A DNA stretch of 64,000 nt from an uncultured Lacinutrix sp. (lineage in GTDB: Bacteria; Bacteroidota; Bacteroidia; Flavobacteriales; Flavobacteriaceae). Numbering within the stretch: position 1 is the first letter of the stretch; each line of letters opens with the position of its first letter. Positions 59,201 to 64,000 of the stretch are shown piece after piece. The DNA lies in assembly GCA_937129145.1 (NCBI GenBank), contig CAKZMU010000009.1, positions 80,551 to 144,550 on the forward strand. Reading direction: 5' to 3'. The position numbers were made by a program, and so were the translations under genes. The notes beneath the pieces are model-generated. The model saw only the letters and a program-made list of their open reading frames with translations, searched no databases and had not been told where the DNA came from.

Positions 59201-59657
59201 ACACTTGTCTCAAACCAAAGAAATCTAAGTGGTTAATTAAAAATGTACTGATAAATAGAATAGACCATCCAATAAAAAAAAGAGCATACATAAAGTAATT
59301 TAGAGTAATATTAGAAGACACGTCCCATAATAAACCGCCTAATGGTTGCCATTGTATAACCAAAAAGAATAGCAATAAACCAGAGACTAAAATAAAAGTG
59401 CTGCGTTCTATAGCTCTTGGAAAATAGCTAGAGAAAAAATCTTTGAACCATGGTCTTGCCATGATGCTGTGCTGCACTCCAAAAAGAGCAACTAAAACTA
59501 AGTTGTTAAGTAGTGCTAATAAGAATGGCACTCTTGGTTCTTGGTCGATAGATATTTCAGGTATTAAATGACTTACTGATAATATCCAGTATACGATAGA
59601 GGCAAAGCCAACTAAATAGGCCGCGATTGAATAGATTAACATTGTAAAACTTTTCAT
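56256..59657 (-). CDS. in-frame fusion ORF: ICMT/MddA-like membrane methyltransferase (aa 1-245), then an internal signal peptide, three LRR modules and a T9SS C-terminal sorting domain
   Basis: The N-terminal domain is polytopic and has the RHPIYFGG...EEKDL motif of the isoprenylcysteine/phospholipid methyltransferase family. There is an internal ATG at 58874 (MFWMLFTMFSIAATTAQT). LRR modules cover aa 281-588, 592-797 and 801-1048. The C-terminus is SLYPNPSSEVFYV...GIYLVNI. Confidence 0.75.
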   Translation of the reverse strand: MKSFTMLIYSIAAYLVGFASIVYWILSVSHLIPEISIDQEPRVPFLLALLNNLVLVALFGVQHSIMARPWFKDFFSSYFPRAIERSTFILVSGLLLFFLVIQWQPLGGLLWDVSSNITLNYFMYALFFIGWSILFISTFLINHLDFFGLRQVYFEIMKKPYKPLNFEVVGFYKYMRHPIYFGGMLGLWATPVMTGTHLVFAIFLSAYFIIGTFFEEKDLRKEFGNLYKHYVENTPMYVPFPKKSNTKKEYLKRVNKLKSKTMFWMLFTMFSIAATTAQTVAIPDSNFEQALIDAGQDSDGTINGLILQSDAEAVNTLALNNKGINSLQGIEGFVNVTSIVCSNNNLTSLNLSSNTALQTLDCSNNNLSSIDISNNTSLTYLIAINSQLTSLDISSNTLLTYLSVPFNQLTNLNVSNNTVLETMYVHSNELTSLDVSNLSLLQTLYCYSNDITNLNVSNATALEYLQCYSNLFTSLNVNTNINLKELRCSDGEILSIDVSNNILLEDFRVWGNQLASLDLSNNPALAVFSCANNNLTSLNLKNGNNTMLTSISTTNNSNLTCIDVDNVAYSNTNWTNIDAQTSFSEDCNASAPTIAIPDDNFETALIDLGIDTNGFTGDILQSEAEAVTNLNVNNKNISSLLGIEGFTNLSALQCENNNLTSLDVSNNLALAQLDCSHNQLTTLLLGNNMVMYELLADNNQLTVLNIENNTALSSILIGYNQITNMDASNNLQLFELSITNNQLTNLNVKNGNNVNIDGVYATNNPSLYCIEVDDVAYSNANWSAFIDPQTNFSEDCSVPFPTIAIPDVNFEQALIDLGYDNNGLTGNILQSEAEAVISLDVGNENISNATGIEGFINLIELRIGNNDIEDLEGINSLEDLEILICNNNDLTSLNISNNIALKELHAGGNAIGSLDVSNNILLESLTCSTCQLTNINVSNNPDLTYLELYENQLTTLDISNNLDLEELSFASNQITSMDLNNHTVLIEIYAANNQLTSFNVKNGNNTIITDFEADNNPNLYCIQVDNAPYSTALWSSYIDAQTSFDENCESLGVNEESIFDTVSLYPNPSSEVFYVKGLQEDSQIKIYDFNGRSILATTINNNQSVNVSQIPSGIYLVNIKNNLGETVKKLVVN

Positions 59658-59826
59658 GATTATTTATTTTTAAGTTCGAGACAAACATATTCACGAAAAG
59701 AGTGGATAGCACAAAATTTAATGGATACAAATGGGTGACAAGCGCCTAATTTACGGATGACAAATGGGTGACGAAAAGAAAAATAAATTTATTAACTAAT
59801 TAGTAATCAGTATTTTAATAAATTAA

Positions 59827-61596
59827 TTAAAATGTTTTTAAAAAAGCGTCTAAATCTTCTTCAGGTGACAGATTAAGTTTTTTTCTGAGCCTGTTTCGGC
59901 TCTTTTTTACGGAAGAAGGGTTGATATTTTGAAGTGCTGCTATCTGTTTTGTATCTAAATCTAGTTTGATTAATGAACATAATCTTATTTCCGTTTTGGT
60001 TAAACCTTCAAATTGAGTGGTTAACTTATCATAGAACGAACTGCTTAACGCATCTATTTTGGTATAAAAGTCATCTGCACTTTTATCAACCCAAATTTTG
60101 TTTTTTATTTCGGTATCTAATTCCTCTAACTCTTTGGCGCGTTTTCTGCCTGTTGAGGTTTTTAGATTCTCCATACGTTCTGCTAAAGACAAAGCCCATT
60201 CTTGGTTATTAGATATATTAACAGCAAAATTGGTAAGGTCTTTTTTCTTATATTCTATTTCTGAGTTTAATAATTTATTCTGTAAGTCTTTATATTTCAC
60301 ACGTTGTTTATATCGATAGTATAGTAAACTCATTAAGAAAATAGCAGCTAGACTTCCAAAAATTATCCATTGGCTTTTTGCTCTGTTTTTTGTGTTAAGT
60401 AATGAAATCTCTGATTCTTGAGTTTTAAGTTTTTCCTCTGCAATACGCGCTTCTTTAGCTTTAACAATACTGTCTAATCGCATGGTTTTAGCAAATTCCA
60501 TTTGCTGCAACTGCTTACCAACTTCATCTTTTTTTAAGCTATCATTTAAAGTGGCCATTTCTTCATGATATTCTAAAGCTTTAACTTTATTACCTAAAGC
60601 TTTGTATCCACGATATAGACAATCACAAGCGTTTTTCTTTTGTATTAGACTATTTAATTCGAATGCAATTTTGTAACTTCTTGTACAAGTTTCAATACTT
60701 TTTGAATATGCTTTTTGCTCGAGATAAAGTTCACCTAAGTCGATAACAGTTTCGGATATTAATGGTAGACTCCCTATTTTTTCACGAAGCGCTAAGCTTC
60801 TATTGTAATAATTTAATGCCTCCTTAAGACTTCCTTTTTTTTGATAAACATCACCAATATAACCTAGTGATATTGCTTTATTTCTTGCCAATTTAAGTTC
60901 GCTTGTTCGCTTTAAACTTCTATTAAAATAGTCAAGAGCCAAATTATAATCTGCTTGTTTTAAGTAGGACTTCCCTATATTATTGAGAGTTAATGAATTA
61001 TTCTTATCAATTTCCAAACAACGTTGAAAATAGGTTATTGCTTTCTCACTATTACCTTGATCATAATATAAATCACCAATGGTATTTAAAGTAAAAAATG
61101 TTCTGTTGTTATCTCCTAGTTCTTCACGGATTTTCAGGCTTTTTTGTAAGTAATTTAAAGCTTTTATACCATTGCCTATATCACTATAAACGATTCCAAA
61201 TTTATTGTAAGTTGCTGCTATACCTTCTTTATCTCCTAGTTCTTTTTCAATAACAAGTTCTTTTTCAAAATGTCTAAGCGATTCTATATAATTTCCCTTA
61301 ACCCAATTTGCTGTCCCTAAAGCTTTGTGTGCATGAGCAATGTGCTTTTTAGACTTGATATTTGTCGCATAATCGTATTCTATTTTTCCATAGTATATTG
61401 TACTGTCTGGTTCGGTAAATACTATATTCCAAGAGTACTCTCCTAAGGCATTTAACCTTAAACTATCTTGCTTAGTTATATCGTTCCAAACGGATAAAAG
61501 AGAATCCATCTCTATGTCAAAATCAGTTTTATTTTCTTGACCAAAAGAAGAATAGCTAATCAAAAGAAGAAAAAAAAGTATGGCTCGTTTAAACAT
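59827..61596 (-). CDS. TPR-repeat, single-TM, LuxR-type HTH transcriptional regulator
   Basis: Signal peptide, multiple TPR repeats, a TM helix (WIIFGSLAAIFLMSLLYY) and a C-terminal HTH (TEIRLCSLIKLDLDTKQIAALQNINPSSVKKSRNRLRKKL). Confidence 0.8.
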   Translation of the reverse strand: MFKRAILFFLLLISYSSFGQENKTDFDIEMDSLLSVWNDITKQDSLRLNALGEYSWNIVFTEPDSTIYYGKIEYDYATNIKSKKHIAHAHKALGTANWVKGNYIESLRHFEKELVIEKELGDKEGIAATYNKFGIVYSDIGNGIKALNYLQKSLKIREELGDNNRTFFTLNTIGDLYYDQGNSEKAITYFQRCLEIDKNNSLTLNNIGKSYLKQADYNLALDYFNRSLKRTSELKLARNKAISLGYIGDVYQKKGSLKEALNYYNRSLALREKIGSLPLISETVIDLGELYLEQKAYSKSIETCTRSYKIAFELNSLIQKKNACDCLYRGYKALGNKVKALEYHEEMATLNDSLKKDEVGKQLQQMEFAKTMRLDSIVKAKEARIAEEKLKTQESEISLLNTKNRAKSQWIIFGSLAAIFLMSLLYYRYKQRVKYKDLQNKLLNSEIEYKKKDLTNFAVNISNNQEWALSLAERMENLKTSTGRKRAKELEELDTEIKNKIWVDKSADDFYTKIDALSSSFYDKLTTQFEGLTKTEIRLCSLIKLDLDTKQIAALQNINPSSVKKSRNRLRKKLNLSPEEDLDAFLKTF

Positions 61597-61698
61597 TATG
61601 AATTTTAGTTGGTTGTGATTGAAAAATACTTGCTCTAAGGTAAAGAAAAATATAACGAAGAAAAAAGCCTCTCATTTCTGAAAGGCTTGTGTTTAAAA

Positions 61699-61712
61699 GT
61701 GGTCCCACTTGG
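61699..61712. repeat. 14-bp repeat (tRNA-proximal copy) overlapping the tRNA(CAT) 3' end
   Basis: GTGGTCCCACTTGG is identical to 51936-51949. Confidence 0.6.
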
Positions 61713-61773
61713 GCTCGAACCAAGGACCCTCTGATTATGAGTCAGATGCTCTAACCAACTGAGCTATGGGACC
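61700..61773 (-). tRNA. tRNA with anticodon CAT (elongator Met or Ile2/lysidine type)
   Basis: The reverse complement reads GGTCCCA-TA-GCTC-AGTTGGTTA-GAGC-A-TCTGA-CTCATAA-TCAGA-GGGTC-CTTGG-TTCGAGC-CCAAG-TGGGACC-A. The cloverleaf is GC-rich and canonical, and is followed on the minus strand by a terminator hairpin. Confidence 0.88.
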
Positions 61774-61820
61774 AATTAAGGCTGCAATATTACTACTTAT
61801 TTTATTTCTTAGCAAGGAAA

Positions 61821-62234
61821 TTATTCTTTATTAGTACGCTCTTGGCACAGCTCAATTAACACACCGTTTGTCGATTTTGGATGTAAAAAAGCGACCAACT
61901 TATTATCGGCTCCTTTTTTAGGTTTATTGTTTAAAATAGTAAAGCCTTCTTCTTTTAATCGTTTTATTTCTTTTTCAATATCATCTACATCAAACGCTAT
62001 GTGGTGTATGCCTTCGCCCTTTTTCTCAATAAATTTTGCAATTGGGCTGTCTTCGTTAGTCGCTTCTAAAAGCTCAATTTTATTCTCTCCTACCTTAAAA
62101 AATGATGTTTTAACGCCTTCGCTTTCTACCGATTCTGTTTTATAATGTGGTTCACCAAAAAGTTTTTCAAACAACTCATTGGACGTTTCAATGTTTTTTA
62201 CCGCAATTCCTATATGTTCAATTTTATTCATCAT
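61821..62234 (-). CDS. mce: methylmalonyl-CoA epimerase (VOC/glyoxalase family)
   Basis: 137 aa with IEHIGIAV ... GIHHIAF ... LIEL metal-ligand contexts. Confidence 0.8.
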   Translation of the reverse strand: MMNKIEHIGIAVKNIETSNELFEKLFGEPHYKTESVESEGVKTSFFKVGENKIELLEATNEDSPIAKFIEKKGEGIHHIAFDVDDIEKEIKRLKEEGFTILNNKPKKGADNKLVAFLHPKSTNGVLIELCQERTNKE

Positions 62235-62302
62235 GCTACAAATTTAATTTAAAACACTAACGTTTTAAAGCATTAACTAACGAAATGTATTATTTTTGTG
62301 GC

Positions 62303-62695
62303 ATGGAAAGTAATAGACAGAAAAAAATAGCATCGGTTTTACAACGAGATTTAGTAGATGTGCTGCAAAATGCAGCAACGCAAGGTGGTATGAAAGGTGT
62401 AATTATTTCGGTAACAAAAGTAAATGTAACTGTTGACCTTTCCATTGCGAAAGTGTATTTAAGTATTTTTCCTGTTGAAAAAGGCGCAGAATTATTAGAG
62501 GGCATCACATCCAACGCTGCACTTATAAAACATGAATTGGCGCAACGCACCAAACACCAGCTAAGACGCATGCCTCAGCTGTCTTTTTATATTGATGATT
62601 CGTTGGAATATATTGATAAAATTGACCGTTCTTTAAAAGGGTTGGACAACCCATTGAATGACCCTGATTTATTAGAAAAAAGAAAGAAAAAATAG
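62303..62695 (+). CDS. rbfA: ribosome-binding factor A
   Basis: MESNRQKKIASVLQRDL is an RbfA-type N-terminus. ATG at 62303 is preferred. Confidence 0.88.
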   Translation: MESNRQKKIASVLQRDLVDVLQNAATQGGMKGVIISVTKVNVTVDLSIAKVYLSIFPVEKGAELLEGITSNAALIKHELAQRTKHQLRRMPQLSFYIDDSLEYIDKIDRSLKGLDNPLNDPDLLEKRKKK

Positions 62696-63898
62696 TTGAG
62701 TTTTCCTTTTTATATAGCTAAACGTTATCTGTTTTCTAAAAGCAGTAATAATGCCATTAATTTTATTACGATAATTGCTGCTATCGGAATTATTATTGGT
62801 AGTGCTTCGCTGTTTATTGTGTTGTCTGGTTTTGCTGGTTTAAAGGATTTTAGCCTTCAGTTTACATCTTTTGTGGACCCCGACCTTAAGGCAATTCCAA
62901 CTCAAGGAAAATCATTTACACTTTCTGAAGATATTGTAAATAAGATTAATAACGTTGAAGGCATCGCTTCTTACACTAAAATTATTGAAGAACGCGCAGT
63001 ACTCAATTTTAAGGATAAACAGCTTATCGTAACCCTAAAAGGTGTTGACCAAAATTACCCGCAAACTACCATTGATTCTCTTGATGTTATTGGCCAATGG
63101 TTTGAGCATGGAACAGACCAAATAGTTGCTGGCTCTGGTGTTTCAAATTATTTGTCCTTTGGAATTTTTGATTATGGAGAAAGTATTAAGGTTTCGGTGC
63201 CTAAGCCTGGAAAAGGGCAGCCAACATCTGTAAATTCAATCTTTAAATCGGTTAATGCGGTAAATTCAGGGATTTTTGTGGTTAACGAAGACCTTGATAA
63301 CTCACTTATATATGCCAATTTAGAAACCGCACAATACTTGCTCAATTATAATGAAAACCAAGTAAGTGGCATTGAATTTGTACTCGAAGACATCGAAAAT
63401 ATTGAAACTGTACAAGAAGAACTAAAGTTAGCACTAGAAAATTCTTTTGCCTTAAAAACCAGAGAACAACTAAACGATGCGCTTTATAAAATGTTAAATA
63501 CCGAAAATCTTGCCGTATATTTAATATTTACGTTAGTGTTAATTATTGCACTTTTTAATGTTATTGGTTCAATAATTATGATGATTCTAGACAAGAAGAA
63601 AAACCTAAACACCCTGTTTAATATTGGTGCTACCGTAAAAGATATTAGAAAAATCTTTTTTCTTCAAGGAAGTTTAATGAGTGTGTTGGGCGGAAGTGTT
63701 GGATTGTTTTTGGGTTATCTTATTGTTGTGCTACAAAAACAATTTTCGCTTGTTATGATAACTGCCAGCTTCCCATATCCTGTAGCGATAGACCTGAAAA
63801 ATATTTTTATAGTATTTGTTACTATAACCATTTTAGGAATCTTAGCTTCTAAATTAGCATCGTCAAGAATCACAAAGCGATTAATCGTTGAGGCTTAA
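62696..63898 (+). CDS. FtsX-like ABC transporter permease (LolC/E family)
   Basis: 400 aa: one N-terminal TM helix, a large periplasmic domain and three C-terminal TM helices. Confidence 0.8.
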   Translation: MSFPFYIAKRYLFSKSSNNAINFITIIAAIGIIIGSASLFIVLSGFAGLKDFSLQFTSFVDPDLKAIPTQGKSFTLSEDIVNKINNVEGIASYTKIIEERAVLNFKDKQLIVTLKGVDQNYPQTTIDSLDVIGQWFEHGTDQIVAGSGVSNYLSFGIFDYGESIKVSVPKPGKGQPTSVNSIFKSVNAVNSGIFVVNEDLDNSLIYANLETAQYLLNYNENQVSGIEFVLEDIENIETVQEELKLALENSFALKTREQLNDALYKMLNTENLAVYLIFTLVLIIALFNVIGSIIMMILDKKKNLNTLFNIGATVKDIRKIFFLQGSLMSVLGGSVGLFLGYLIVVLQKQFSLVMITASFPYPVAIDLKNIFIVFVTITILGILASKLASSRITKRLIVEA

Positions 63899-64000
63899 GC
63901 AAATTGAAAATCTGAAAACTTATCTTCCACCTCATCAAAAGCTGCAAACACATCTTTCGCGTCGTCGCTGGTAACCATTTTCATTCGGTAGTCTTTAAAA
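63895..64000 (-). CDS. 3' end of an unidentified minus-strand gene (partial)
   Basis: My translation of the reverse strand gives ...FKDYRMKMVTSDDAKDVFAAFDEVEDKFSDFQFA-stop, open to the window edge. The stop overlaps the plus-strand stop (TTAA). Confidence 0.4.
   Translation of the reverse strand, partial: FKDYRMKMVTSDDAKDVFAAFDEVEDKFSDFQFA

Noticed and set aside
51950-61698. Search for an integrase, excisionase or transposase inside the tRNA-bounded island
   Set aside because: None of the six ORFs shows tyrosine or serine recombinase or DDE motifs. I therefore call the island a candidate or remnant, not an active integrative element.

Overview
This is an AT-rich chromosomal segment that looks like Flavobacteriaceae (Bacteroidota). 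The evidence is a complete BatA-E aerotolerance operon, several proteins with T9SS C-terminal sorting domains, a TPR/LuxR regulator and a PID-type C-terminal sorting peptide. Most of the window is ordinary, densely packed housekeeping DNA: SulP/beta-carbonic anhydrase, SOD, an AddA/AddB-like helicase-nuclease pair, kbl, recJ, rsmI, tdk, alr, mscL, asd, accBC-fabH, rpmF, pdxA, ribE, rbfA and others. Two regions stand out. (1) At 29.5-31.1 kb there is a tightly packed array of about 11 tRNA-like genes plus tRNA fragments. Their stems are AT-rich and many are structurally aberrant. A conserved 46-nt element followed by a duplicated tRNA 3' end sits after two different tRNAs. A shared TCCCGA...TCGGGA hairpin is inserted in the D-loop of one tRNA and the T-loop of another. 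One anticodon loop carries a 52-nt insertion, two Leu-anticodon tRNAs lack the long variable arm, and one tRNA has its 3' half placed before its 5' half. (2) At 51.9-61.7 kb there is a roughly 9.8-kb island bounded by a tRNA(CAT) gene and a 14-bp repeat of that tRNA's 3' end. It carries a PLP decarboxylase, an acyl-CoA-dehydrogenase-fold protein, modular LRR/T9SS proteins (one fused in frame to an ICMT-like membrane methyltransferase) and a TPR-LuxR regulator, but no integrase. All calls come from reading the sequence and the ORF translations. No database search was run.
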